From a virus, in IMG/VR virus record IMGVR_UViG_3300020202_000061, positions 250,950 through 314,949 of that record: DNA of 64,000 nucleotides, one strand, 5' to 3'. Shown here in pieces: positions 43,873 through 52,830 of the stretch. The position numbers were made by a program, and so were the translations under genes. The stretch's first letter is position 1. Each line of letters starts with the position of its first letter. A model generated the notes under the pieces. That model saw nothing but the letters and a program-made list of their open reading frames with translations, searched no databases and had not been told where the DNA came from.

Positions 43873-44270
43873 GCGTGGAACTCGACTTCCTGATCCATCG
43901 TATGCCGGGCGTGCCTCCGAAGGGTCTCTGGCTGTGCCACGAGAACATGTACGTGGGCACCACCTACAACGCATTCGTCAAGTCATGCGACACCGACGCT
44001 CTGCCCAAACAGGTGATCCCGGAGCCGATCTGTTGCCACTTCGACCGGATCAAGGACGGACCAAACGAGTCCGAATACTGCTACGGCAAGCAGGGCGAGT
44101 CCAACTACGGCGGTCCGCTTTACTGGACTTGTGCCAAGGACATCCTGAACCTCGCCCGAATGCATGTCGAGGACATCAAGGACAACACCCGAATTCAGGC
44201 TGCGCTGGCCTATCTCAAGGTTCTCGCCGACAAGGACCCGGATTGGCGTGTCGTTCTGTGGTGGCACTGA
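43869..44270 (+). CDS. hypothetical protein
   Basis: ORF 133 aa. Confidence 0.5.
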   Translation: MSVELDFLIHRMPGVPPKGLWLCHENMYVGTTYNAFVKSCDTDALPKQVIPEPICCHFDRIKDGPNESEYCYGKQGESNYGGPLYWTCAKDILNLARMHVEDIKDNTRIQAALAYLKVLADKDPDWRVVLWWH

Positions 44271-44280
44271 GAGGACCCCA

Positions 44281-44745
44281 ATGACACTCGAAGATGGCTA
44301 TGTGCCGGTAGCGAAGTTCGGTAAGGATCACTGGTCCACCCTGGCCTATGCCGAAACCGTCATGGTGGACTGCGGCGGCTTCCAGGTCGGTCTCGATCCG
44401 CACATGCGCCAGGGACGCCGCCATTACCGGGTGATGCGGGAGCAGTGCATCCGTCCGAAACGAATGGGTCGGGTCAGCCCGGACATGGCCATGATCATGG
44501 ACATGAAATATTCGACCCGTCTCAACGACGGCACCATGGTCGAGAGTCATGACGATTGGCACTGTGTGCAGGACATGGCTGAGGCCGGATACTTCCGAGT
44601 CGGTGCCGAACCCGCCACAGCAGATCGTGTGGAACCCGGCGTGATCCTGCACCTTTCTCCCCTGGGTCGCACTGTGGCCGATGCTCTTCGTCAGCACAAG
44701 GCGAACGGCGGCACCTTCTCCACCTTCGTTCCCCCAACCGTCTGA
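44281..44745 (+). CDS. hypothetical protein
   Basis: ATG 44281; 154 aa. Confidence 0.5.
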   Translation: MTLEDGYVPVAKFGKDHWSTLAYAETVMVDCGGFQVGLDPHMRQGRRHYRVMREQCIRPKRMGRVSPDMAMIMDMKYSTRLNDGTMVESHDDWHCVQDMAEAGYFRVGAEPATADRVEPGVILHLSPLGRTVADALRQHKANGGTFSTFVPPTV

Positions 44746-44751
44746 GGTTCT

Positions 44752-45753
44752 ATGGGTCAGTATCACATGCCGGTCAGTTTGACCGCGAAAGAATTCCTCT
44801 ACAGCCACGAACTGGATTGCGGGCTGAAAGCCTGGGAGATCATCGCCAACGGCGAATCGATCTGTGCCGCCGTAGCCGGATTGATCGCGGTGAATCCCGG
44901 CAATGCCCCGGCCGATCTCTCCAACAACCTCTATGTCGGGCGTTGGGCCGGTCATCGGCTGCTCTGCGTCGGAGACTACGCGGAGAATTCGGACGCCGCC
45001 AACATCCCCAACTATGATGGGCCGCCCCTGGGCGATCTCTACGGGATGTGCGACACGGACAATCTTTTGCCCAAGCCCACCCGGAAGGGCGACGGGCGTG
45101 ACCCGAATATGTTCTACAACATCACGCCCCAATTGCGCGGGCTGATCGAGCAAGCGTGTTCGGTTCGCTTCGTTCCGCACGATTGGTCCCTCAAGAACAC
45201 TGAGACCGGCGAGATCACCACCAACACCAGTTTCACCCGTGTGCAGGTGAAATCACGGGCACGCCGTGGTGAGGATGAATTCGGTCACTATGATCTGCTC
45301 GGCATCGAGGACAAGAACACTCTGGACTACTATAAGCGGGTGATGCCGAACTTCGCCGACTCACCCTGGGATCGAGCGCCCGGTGATGGCTCCAGCCATG
45401 GCATCGGTGATGACGAGATCGACCAGGGTCAGACCCGCGTGTTCGCGAACCTCGACACCCACGAGTTCATTGATCCCATCGCGTTCGGTGAGGTCGCCAC
45501 ATTGGCCGGGATTATGCGCGGCGATTGGGGCTCCGCCAGTGCGTTGCTCGGCATGTTGTTCGAACCAGACCGGCGCGGGGGTGGCGATCTCTACTCGGAG
45601 TCCCGCCTGATCGGTCACTGGCGGAACGGTCGGCTGATCGCGTCGAGCGAATACGAGTCCAAGGATTTTCCCTCGACCGATTTCATCCGGAAGAACTGGA
45701 CAAATCTCTCCAAGGACGCGGTCAAATTCATCGCCAAAGAGAAGAAATCCTGA
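44752..45753 (+). CDS. hypothetical protein
   Basis: ORF 333 aa. Confidence 0.55.
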   Translation: MGQYHMPVSLTAKEFLYSHELDCGLKAWEIIANGESICAAVAGLIAVNPGNAPADLSNNLYVGRWAGHRLLCVGDYAENSDAANIPNYDGPPLGDLYGMCDTDNLLPKPTRKGDGRDPNMFYNITPQLRGLIEQACSVRFVPHDWSLKNTETGEITTNTSFTRVQVKSRARRGEDEFGHYDLLGIEDKNTLDYYKRVMPNFADSPWDRAPGDGSSHGIGDDEIDQGQTRVFANLDTHEFIDPIAFGEVATLAGIMRGDWGSASALLGMLFEPDRRGGGDLYSESRLIGHWRNGRLIASSEYESKDFPSTDFIRKNWTNLSKDAVKFIAKEKKS

Positions 45754-45777
45754 GGACCACACTCGACTTCTTTTGAA

Positions 45778-45978
45778 ATGAGTCGGAAAGATAAACAACG
45801 AGAGACATTCAAAGCCGCATACGGCTATCTGTTCCTGCCGTCCAACGCAGCCAACCAACGAGCCTGGATCGCGGTGAAAGAGGTTCCGGAACCAGAACGG
45901 TCTAATCTGATCTCCGCGATGATGGCAGCGTGTTACGCCAAACTCGACATCAAGAAATCAAAACTCAAAGAGACCTAA
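45778..45978 (+). CDS. hypothetical small protein
   Basis: ORF 66 aa. Confidence 0.4.
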   Translation: MSRKDKQRETFKAAYGYLFLPSNAANQRAWIAVKEVPEPERSNLISAMMAACYAKLDIKKSKLKET

Positions 45979-46007
45979 TCTGACCGGAATCCCCGCCTAT
46001 ATACCGG

Positions 46008-46508
46008 GTGGGGGTGGCGTGGATGAGGGACGATCAGCGCAGTAAAATTTACACCTGGGAATGGGCCGTCGTTCCGCATTGGGATACGACAAAGGTTTTC
46101 TATAAGAACGCGCAGGAAATAGTAAATTTAATCTGGCTGGAAGAGGGATTCAAATATCCTCCGACGATCACGACGCTTCGTCCGAACGCCACGGCGACCG
46201 CAGCGAAAGCAGTTCGAGAGGGCAACACGTTAACGATTCAGATCAAGAGGAAGCGGCGTACCCGCGCGTTCATCCTGATTCACGAAATCGCCCACCACAT
46301 GCTGGAGAAGTCCAAGTGGGTGGATACCGAACCCGACCACGGACCGAAATTCGTGGGAATCTACATGAAATTGCTGCGGAAATACCTCAATATCCCCCTG
46401 ATTCATCTGATGGTTCGGGCTCATCAACACGGGGTTCGTTACAATCTCCGCGCCAAACCCACCGTGGGGCGGTTAGAACGCGCCAGAGACCGCAAGAAGG
46501 CGGCCTAG
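46008..46508 (+). CDS. HExxH motif protein (putative zinc metallopeptidase-like)
   Basis: ILIHEIAHHMLE HExxH signature. Confidence 0.5.
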   Translation: MGVAWMRDDQRSKIYTWEWAVVPHWDTTKVFYKNAQEIVNLIWLEEGFKYPPTITTLRPNATATAAKAVREGNTLTIQIKRKRRTRAFILIHEIAHHMLEKSKWVDTEPDHGPKFVGIYMKLLRKYLNIPLIHLMVRAHQHGVRYNLRAKPTVGRLERARDRKKAA

Positions 46509-46927
46509 AGCTTCCACCCATTCAGGGTGGCCAAATAGGTCAGGAGGCGCTGGCGGTCAGAATTCCCCGCTATGGGGATATCCTGGTGGAATCGGTCGGG
46601 CCGTGCGTATCCGAGCATGACCATGAGGTCCTTGAACCCGGTCTGAACCTGGATGTTGCCGTGGACACCCATTTGGTGGGCCATGCGGACCAACCCCATG
46701 AAGGTGCGGGTGCGCTCGTATTCGGTCTCCCTGGGAAGGCGACGGTGTTCCAGGTCCCAGTAAGCCTGTCGGGCGTCGGGTTTAGCCATGATGAGGCGGA
46801 ATTTCGGACGGATTTGGCGGAAGGTCAACGCGACCGGACCCGGCACAGGAATCTTGCGGGCGATGGTTTGTCGAACACGACCGGGAACTTCCGCATCAGG
46901 GCGGCTATAAATCTCAAACAGATTCAT
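46505..46927 (-). CDS. hypothetical protein downstream of the amidoligase
   Basis: ORF 140 aa; TGATG-coupled to the amidoligase gene. Confidence 0.5.
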   Translation of the reverse strand: MNLFEIYSRPDAEVPGRVRQTIARKIPVPGPVALTFRQIRPKFRLIMAKPDARQAYWDLEHRRLPRETEYERTRTFMGLVRMAHQMGVHGNIQVQTGFKDLMVMLGYARPDRFHQDIPIAGNSDRQRLLTYLATLNGWKL

Positions 46928-48372
46928 TCTGCTGCTTTCGGATAGAATTGCTTGGCACGGTAGAGTTGCTCGAAATGCTTGCGGCCGGTCTCGACCGCGA
47001 CCTTATAGAGCTTGGTCAGAAACTCCTTGCGATAGACCTCGGGAGTGGTGGCCACGTACATCATCACGATCAGTTGTAGACAAGTGTCCTCGATCTCGGA
47101 CCAACGATCCTCGTAGTCGGAGTTGCCTGCGGCACGAAACTCGATGTAGCCCTGATCTAGTTTGGTCAGGTTGACCCGGAAGTATTTCTGTTTGGGTACG
47201 GCACGACGAAACAATTCGATCACCTTTTGGATGTCCTGCTGGTTCAGTCTGATCCGACCACCAAGATTCGAGAGCACGCGCATAAGCTCGGCTTTGTTCC
47301 GGGCGAAGTTCTGCACCATTTGGTAATAGGTCTGTGCGGCCATTACCCCGCTGTTCACGGCGTGACCCTCACCCTTATTGAATTGGAGACGGTCGTAATT
47401 CTGTGCGATGTAGGCGTCTCCCATCAGGAACAACAGCTTCACGTAATCCACATCAGCACCAGCCTTGCCAATGTTGATGTGCAAACCCGTAGCCTGATTC
47501 GTCTCGGCTTGAGTTCCAGGAATGTGCCGACCGATGTTCTGGATGAACAGGAGCACCTTGTGCAAGGCTTTCAAACCTTCTGCCGCAGGCTTAATCGGTG
47601 AGACCACCTCGACACCGACCATGCCTTGTTCCCATAGCTCGTTGATGTCCAGTGAGTTGTCCATGGTAACGGCCCAGGTCGAGTAGTTGTGGGTCTTCGT
47701 CTTGGTATCGCCCCGCATCAACCGCACCACCACGGGTTCACCCAGATACTCCTCAAGCGCCTCGGCGATTACCTGATAGAGAACCTCGATCTGAACATGA
47801 CTGTCATTGGGATCGAAATTCTGATCCTCCTCACCGATCATGAACTGCCTGTAGCTCTCATCATCGAGGTTCTTATAGGCGACCATCCCCACACGATCAC
47901 CTTTCGCGATAAGACGTTTGATCTTGCGCAGGGCAGTTTCATCCTCGATGTCGAAACCCTCATCCGGCCACACACGAAGAGCCGTGATCAAGCCGTAGGG
48001 TTTGAACTTCTTGACCAACGCCCCAAACATATCCCGGAACTTGGTCTGTCCGGCCTCGGGGAAATTGGCCTGAAATAGACGGTCCATGCGCTCGCGGACG
48101 ATCTCTTGATTGTCCTGTCCCAGACCTTCCGCACCGAGCGGGGTGAAACTCTTCAACAGATCGTACCACCGGAGGTCTCCCAGCTTCTTCACGTACCAGA
48201 AACGATCCTTGCTGCGACTGGAATTCTTCTTGTAGAGACCGGCCATTCTCTTGGCCGCGTTCAACACGTAGAACTCCGTCTCGAATCCCATCGTCATGTT
48301 GGGATCGGCCAGAGCCTGATTGATTAGGGCTTGCCGGACCTTGGCCCCCTCGAAGAGAATCGGGTTTGTCAT
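46924..48372 (-). CDS. putative amidoligase (glutamine synthetase/GCS2-like carboxylate-amine ligase family)
   Basis: N-terminal MTMGFETEFYVL (G-x-E-x-E start typical of the family); 482 aa; assignment by pattern only. Confidence 0.55.
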   Translation of the reverse strand: MTNPILFEGAKVRQALINQALADPNMTMGFETEFYVLNAAKRMAGLYKKNSSRSKDRFWYVKKLGDLRWYDLLKSFTPLGAEGLGQDNQEIVRERMDRLFQANFPEAGQTKFRDMFGALVKKFKPYGLITALRVWPDEGFDIEDETALRKIKRLIAKGDRVGMVAYKNLDDESYRQFMIGEEDQNFDPNDSHVQIEVLYQVIAEALEEYLGEPVVVRLMRGDTKTKTHNYSTWAVTMDNSLDINELWEQGMVGVEVVSPIKPAAEGLKALHKVLLFIQNIGRHIPGTQAETNQATGLHINIGKAGADVDYVKLLFLMGDAYIAQNYDRLQFNKGEGHAVNSGVMAAQTYYQMVQNFARNKAELMRVLSNLGGRIRLNQQDIQKVIELFRRAVPKQKYFRVNLTKLDQGYIEFRAAGNSDYEDRWSEIEDTCLQLIVMMYVATTPEVYRKEFLTKLYKVAVETGRKHFEQLYRAKQFYPKAAE

Positions 48373-48399
48373 TGAACATATTTAGGATTTCCCTACATA
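48372..48399 (+). promoter_or_regulatory. weak putative promoter upstream of the ArfB-like gene
   Basis: TTGAAC 48372-48377; 16-17 nt spacer; TACATA. Confidence 0.3.
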
Positions 48400-48405
48400 G
48401 GAACC

Positions 48406-48837
48406 ATGACTAGAGAACCCGTATTCTCGTTGACCCGAAAGGATTTTCGCCTGGAATGGTTTAGTGGCACCGGACCGGGCGGTCAAAACCGCAACAAGGT
48501 TCAGGCGTGTTGCCGAATCACCCATATCGCCACGGGTATCCAGGCGACCTGCCAGGAACACCGTGAACGCTCCAAAAACCAAAAAGCCGCGTTCAAGGTC
48601 CTGGTTGAGCGTCTGATGCCGTGGATCGAGGAACAGGTCAACGGGAAACGTCCCGATTATAACCCCCAGACCGATACGATTCGCACCTATCACGTCGCGG
48701 ATAATCGTGTGAAGGATCACGATTCGGGTTATCGTCAGACCTGGGATGAGGTCGAACGCGATCTATCCAAGATGATTGAGGCTCGCCTTCAACAAAAAGT
48801 CCGCACCGAACTTGAAAAACAACAGGACGAATCCTAA
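48406..48837 (+). CDS. arfB: ArfB-like peptidyl-tRNA hydrolase (class I release-factor GGQ domain protein)
   Basis: GGQ motif in SGTGPGGQNRNKVQ; about 140 aa with basic C-terminal tail, as in ArfB/YaeJ. Confidence 0.8.
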   Translation: MTREPVFSLTRKDFRLEWFSGTGPGGQNRNKVQACCRITHIATGIQATCQEHRERSKNQKAAFKVLVERLMPWIEEQVNGKRPDYNPQTDTIRTYHVADNRVKDHDSGYRQTWDEVERDLSKMIEARLQQKVRTELEKQQDES

Positions 48838-48867
48838 TATTCATGGGGATACGTGAGGTGGGGAAAC

Positions 48868-49200
48868 ATGAAGCTGACTCGTCGAGGCACCCGAGCGGGG
48901 ACCAAGCCGGAAACTGAAAGGCCGGAAGAGCCTACGGTTTCGGTTCACAAGCATGCGTCGATGACACTGTCGATTCCGGGCGAGCAGATCGTCAACCTCC
49001 TCAAGGAGGTCCTTCTCGAACACCTTCCCGAAGGTGTGATGCCACCTGTCGCTCTTAGCGATGTGAACCTGGAATTCCATATCGAGGATTCCGAGGGGAA
49101 TCAGACCTGCGGCACCCTGGATACGTTGGAGTTCTCCTACCACATCTACGAGAACACCAAGGGTGAGGTCGTGTTCAAGTTTCCGTTGGTGAAGAAATGA
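48868..49200 (+). CDS. hypothetical protein
   Basis: ATG 48868 with RBS gaggtgggg. Confidence 0.45.
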   Translation: MKLTRRGTRAGTKPETERPEEPTVSVHKHASMTLSIPGEQIVNLLKEVLLEHLPEGVMPPVALSDVNLEFHIEDSEGNQTCGTLDTLEFSYHIYENTKGEVVFKFPLVKK

Positions 49201-49415
49201 CCTTCACCGTCACACTGATTGATTTATGGTGGGTTCTGCCCACGTTGGTGACCCTGATCTCTTGGGGTGTAGCCATTTGGTTCTATAACGACGAAATGAA
49301 GGGAGCCCGTTTTACTCTCCCCTGGTTCGTCAATCCAATCTTTTGGTTCGGTGCTCTTATTGCCTCGGTCCTGAGCCTGGGTTCGTGGATCATTTATCTC
49401 CTGGTGCATTCATGA
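49197..49415 (+). CDS. small membrane protein, paralog 1 of 3
   Basis: WVLPTLVTLISWGVAIWF; 72 aa. Confidence 0.45.
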   Translation: MTFTVTLIDLWWVLPTLVTLISWGVAIWFYNDEMKGARFTLPWFVNPIFWFGALIASVLSLGSWIIYLLVHS

Positions 49416-49618
49416 CGAATACTCCCGCGATCCTCGATTATGTTTGGGTGATTCCCACCCTGATCACCATCAGCATGTGGGCCTGGGTTATTTTGACTCC
49501 GGCCGAAGAAACGAAGAGCGATGTGATGTGGCTTCCCGATCCTATGCCGTTGGTTCGTGGTGCAGTCGCAGCAATCGTCAGTCTCGCGGTATGGCTGATC
49601 TACTTCATCATTTTCTGA
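49412..49618 (+). CDS. small membrane protein, paralog 2 of 3
   Basis: VWVIPTLITISMWAWVIL; ATGA-coupled. Confidence 0.45.
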   Translation: MTNTPAILDYVWVIPTLITISMWAWVILTPAEETKSDVMWLPDPMPLVRGAVAAIVSLAVWLIYFIIF

Positions 49619-49794
49619 TGTCATCCATTGTATTCCCGATTGTTCTGACCGTGCTCCTCTGGCTTTGGGCCTGGACACAACCCCGATTGGACATGCAGTC
49701 ACTCGTCTCCATGGTGATAGCAATCAACGGGACCATTGGTATCTGGGTGATCTATTTCGTCACCCTCGGCATTTACCATCTGAGCATTACATGA
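49618..49794 (+). CDS. small membrane protein, paralog 3 of 3
   Basis: ATG 49618; FPIVLTVLLWLWAW. Confidence 0.35.
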   Translation: MSSIVFPIVLTVLLWLWAWTQPRLDMQSLVSMVIAINGTIGIWVIYFVTLGIYHLSIT

Positions 49795-50030
49795 ACCACA
49801 TCTTCAACATGAATGATGTATTTCGGGTCGCTCGGGCCTGGGCCGATATGGATGGAAAACTCCAAGAATTCGATACTGAACGCGACCGGTTCCATGCGGA
49901 ATTCGTGGATTTTCTAACCGATGATCTTCAAATGCCGGTCTATGATGAGTACACCGATAAGGCTCAGGAATTGCTGGAAAAAGCCTACGGTCCCGAATCC
50001 ATTCGGTTGATCGAAGTGATCATGCACTAA
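49791..50030 (+). CDS. hypothetical protein
   Basis: ATG 49791; 79 aa. Confidence 0.4.
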   Translation: MNHIFNMNDVFRVARAWADMDGKLQEFDTERDRFHAEFVDFLTDDLQMPVYDEYTDKAQELLEKAYGPESIRLIEVIMH

Positions 50031-50033
50031 TCC

Positions 50034-50062
50034 TTGACATTTCCTGGAGTTTCCAGTATAAA
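50034..50062 (+). promoter_or_regulatory. sigma70-like promoter
   Basis: TTGACA 50034-50039; spacer tttcctggagtttccag; TATAAA. Confidence 0.6.
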
Positions 50063-50084
50063 TGGGGTTCAGATAGGAGCCCCG

Positions 50085-50273
50085 ATGAAGACCACGGACA
50101 TTGAAAGCCTGACCAACTCTGTGCTCCAGGCTATCGAGAAGGAGTTCCGAAAGAACGACATGGGTGGTGCTTTCCACCGCCAGTCGGCGATACTCCGGAC
50201 GATGATCCGTGCCAATGTCTCCATCGTCGTGGCCGACCACAAGGCCCATACCCGGAAACAGGTGAAGAAATGA
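50085..50273 (+). CDS. hypothetical small protein
   Basis: ATG 50085 with RBS aggag. Confidence 0.45.
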   Translation: MKTTDIESLTNSVLQAIEKEFRKNDMGGAFHRQSAILRTMIRANVSIVVADHKAHTRKQVKK

Positions 50274-50509
50274 GCGGCGAGAACCGCGTAGCCCTGCTCC
50301 GGGCGGTCGGCGGCGATCCCAGCGCCGTTGTGGTGCGGACACCCGAGGCGGCGCTCCAGGTCCTACTCCGGGCCAAGGTCACCGTGACGTTCGGGAGCGA
50401 GTCCATCACGACCACGGCCGGTGACGAAGTGTTTTACGACCAGTTCGGTTGGGATGTCACGTCGGCGCTGGAAGCGCTGGCCCAACAGGTGGCCAATCGG
50501 AGGACCTAG
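50270..50509 (+). CDS. hypothetical protein
   Basis: ORF 79 aa. Confidence 0.4.
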   Translation: MSGENRVALLRAVGGDPSAVVVRTPEAALQVLLRAKVTVTFGSESITTTAGDEVFYDQFGWDVTSALEALAQQVANRRT

Positions 50510-50510
50510 G

Positions 50511-50681
50511 ATGACACCGGTTCGTGAACTGCAACAGCAGTGTCGGCTGTTCCACGCCGATATGGAGCAGCGCAAGGCTGAGGTTTGCCGCGAGCGCCGC
50601 ACCATGACGGTCGGCGTGTTCATCATCACGGCGCTCCTGCTCGGGGCGTTCGGGGCCAAACTACTGACGGGGTTATTCTGA
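50511..50681 (+). CDS. small membrane-anchored protein
   Basis: ATG 50511; C-terminal TM VGVFIITALLLGAFGAKLL. Confidence 0.35.
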   Translation: MTPVRELQQQCRLFHADMEQRKAEVCRERRTMTVGVFIITALLLGAFGAKLLTGLF

Positions 50682-51199
50682 TGCTTGGTCTGTTCTATCC
50701 CACTGCGTTGGCGAATCTCTTCCGGGGTTCCACCTTGGACCCGGACCTGCCCGCGCCGAAACCCGTCCCGAGTCCGCAGCCACTGACCTATGAACGGGCG
50801 GAACCCGCCGTGACCTACGCTCGCCACAGCTTCAAGCCGAAGAGCCTGGAGCAGCATCGCGAGGAATTTCGCACAGCGTTTCAAACCGTTCTGACCCGCG
50901 TGGAGTCGGAACTGCGCTCACACCCCCACGAGCAGCCCAACCAGATCATGGTGATTCCCGGTGTCCCGGCGCGGCTCAAGGGATCGAGTCGCAAGACCAG
51001 CACGCCGGTCGGGGTTCTTCGGGATTTCCGCCACGGTCCGACCGACATGGTCCAATTCACCCGCACCATCAATGGGGTGGAGAAGATCGTCTCGGTTCCA
51101 CTGGAACGCCTGGATCAGGCCCAGGCGAAGCTGGTCGCACACATTGCGCGGCTTGCACCAACACCGGTCGCCGAACCCCTTCCCATCGCAGCGGAGTAG
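50681..51199 (+). CDS. hypothetical protein
   Basis: ATG 50681; 172 aa. Confidence 0.5.
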   Translation: MLGLFYPTALANLFRGSTLDPDLPAPKPVPSPQPLTYERAEPAVTYARHSFKPKSLEQHREEFRTAFQTVLTRVESELRSHPHEQPNQIMVIPGVPARLKGSSRKTSTPVGVLRDFRHGPTDMVQFTRTINGVEKIVSVPLERLDQAQAKLVAHIARLAPTPVAEPLPIAAE

Positions 51200-51202
51200 A
51201 CC

Positions 51203-51583
51203 ATGAGCGGGATCACCATCAGCGTCGAGTTGACCCCGTACAAGGTCAATCAGACCAAGAAGTTCATCAAGAAGCGGTTCGGTCTGATCGCCACGGATGA
51301 ACTCCTCACGGCGTTCCTCCAACAGCATCCGGATTTGGCCGTGGTCATTCATGAGTCGATTGATCCCACGCGTATGGACACGTACGACCGTGACAATTTC
51401 GTGGATGGGCTGACCCAGCATATCCTCGGTAAGGGTCGGTATTGGCCGTCCAACTCCGACATCTTCAAAGGCGTCGATCCGAAGGATTTCATCCAGGAAA
51501 TCTTCGTCATGGGCGAGGCCAAAGGCTGGAAGGTCGCCAAGTTGAAGGTGAAGAAGAAGGTCAAGAAAAAGGCGAAGAAGTGA
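51203..51583 (+). CDS. hypothetical protein with lysine-rich C-terminus
   Basis: ORF 126 aa; KLKVKKKVKKKAKK tail. Confidence 0.5.
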   Translation: MSGITISVELTPYKVNQTKKFIKKRFGLIATDELLTAFLQQHPDLAVVIHESIDPTRMDTYDRDNFVDGLTQHILGKGRYWPSNSDIFKGVDPKDFIQEIFVMGEAKGWKVAKLKVKKKVKKKAKK

Positions 51584-51873
51584 GCGAGGACAAGCACGAA
51601 CACGGCAACGTTCACTTTGCCTGGGCTCTAGGTGGGACGGGCGAGCGCGTGCACTACCGACTGGAGAGTGAAGGACGCAAGGGGCCTATCCGTGAACTCA
51701 CTCTCCAGCAGGCCGAATCCTTTATGTTGAATCCGGACCGGGATTACACCCCGAAGGATGGTGTGCTGAACCTAGAGAAATGGGTCGCCGCGAAGAAACT
51801 CCTGACCGAGACCATGTTCAAGCTGGAAAAGACCAAGCCCGGCACCATTGTCAGACCCGCCGCAAATCCCTAG
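51580..51873 (+). CDS. hypothetical protein
   Basis: GTG 51580 overlapping upstream TGA. Confidence 0.45.
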   Translation: MSEDKHEHGNVHFAWALGGTGERVHYRLESEGRKGPIRELTLQQAESFMLNPDRDYTPKDGVLNLEKWVAAKKLLTETMFKLEKTKPGTIVRPAANP

Positions 51874-51882
51874 ATTATCCCT

Positions 51883-52830
51883 ATGAATTTGGATAGGGCC
51901 GTTATCGCACTCCAGAAGGCCACGGGGTGGCCGGACATTTTCAGGACCAGATATGACGAGGTCTGCTTGCGTTTCAATATGCATCAGGCCATGTCGATCA
52001 CGGGCCTGGAAATCCGCAATTTTCCCGAGCGTATGAATTACTACTTGAATTTCCCCGGTTTGGAGGAGATTCCGTTGAGTTTCCTCGTCATGGAAGTGCC
52101 GACCAATAACAGCACGGTTCTGCATCGCACCCTGGCCGGACAATTCCACTCCTACCAGGGATTGCCATCGAAGGTTGTGATGAGCCCAATGGTGGACCCC
52201 ACTGGCGTGTCCAAATATCTCACCATGCAGGAATGGCACTGGAACGGGGTGCTCCACAACACCGAGGGGCCAGCCAGAATCACCTATCAGGGTTATCATT
52301 GTGACGAAACCCACCCGACCACACTAGACCCGATCAAGCCCTCGCAGGTGGTTCAGTTTTGGGATTCTGCGATTCTTGGTTGGTTCATCAACGGCACGAG
52401 AAAGGTGTGGCCGTTCCCGGCCACGGTTCAGCTAGAGGCGGGATGGTCCCTGCGCGAACGCGAGTCACCCTACTCGATGATCCGCCAAGAAGGGGTGAGA
52501 TCGTACTGGTGCCAGTCCGGCATGTTTCTGTTCCAGCGCGATCCCGACGACAAGGACACCAACACGGAATTCCTGGTCTCCAAGTTGCTCATCCATCAGC
52601 ACCAGGAGGAGATCGAGCAGGGCCGAATGATTCGCACTGGTCCCTGCATGTTCGAGTGGAACTTCAACGGGACCAACTACAGCGGAATCGAGAAGGAAGA
52701 AGCCTGCGTGAGGATGATGCGCTGGTTCGAGCAGGACATGCTCTCGCGTATCGATCCGTGGGGTCCGTTCTTCCAATCCCAACAGGACAAAATGATCCTG
52801 CTATCGAAGATCAAGGAGTTCGGATTTTGA
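51883..52830 (+). CDS. hypothetical protein, member 1 of a five-gene tandem paralog array
   Basis: 315 aa; WHWNGVLHNTEGPARITY repeat. Confidence 0.55.
   Translation: MNLDRAVIALQKATGWPDIFRTRYDEVCLRFNMHQAMSITGLEIRNFPERMNYYLNFPGLEEIPLSFLVMEVPTNNSTVLHRTLAGQFHSYQGLPSKVVMSPMVDPTGVSKYLTMQEWHWNGVLHNTEGPARITYQGYHCDETHPTTLDPIKPSQVVQFWDSAILGWFINGTRKVWPFPATVQLEAGWSLRERESPYSMIRQEGVRSYWCQSGMFLFQRDPDDKDTNTEFLVSKLLIHQHQEEIEQGRMIRTGPCMFEWNFNGTNYSGIEKEEACVRMMRWFEQDMLSRIDPWGPFFQSQQDKMILLSKIKEFGF

Noticed and set aside
44215-45180. 321-aa minus-strand ORF spanning two + strand genes
   Set aside because: It crosses a gene boundary of well-coupled + strand ORFs; treated as GC-rich shadow frame.
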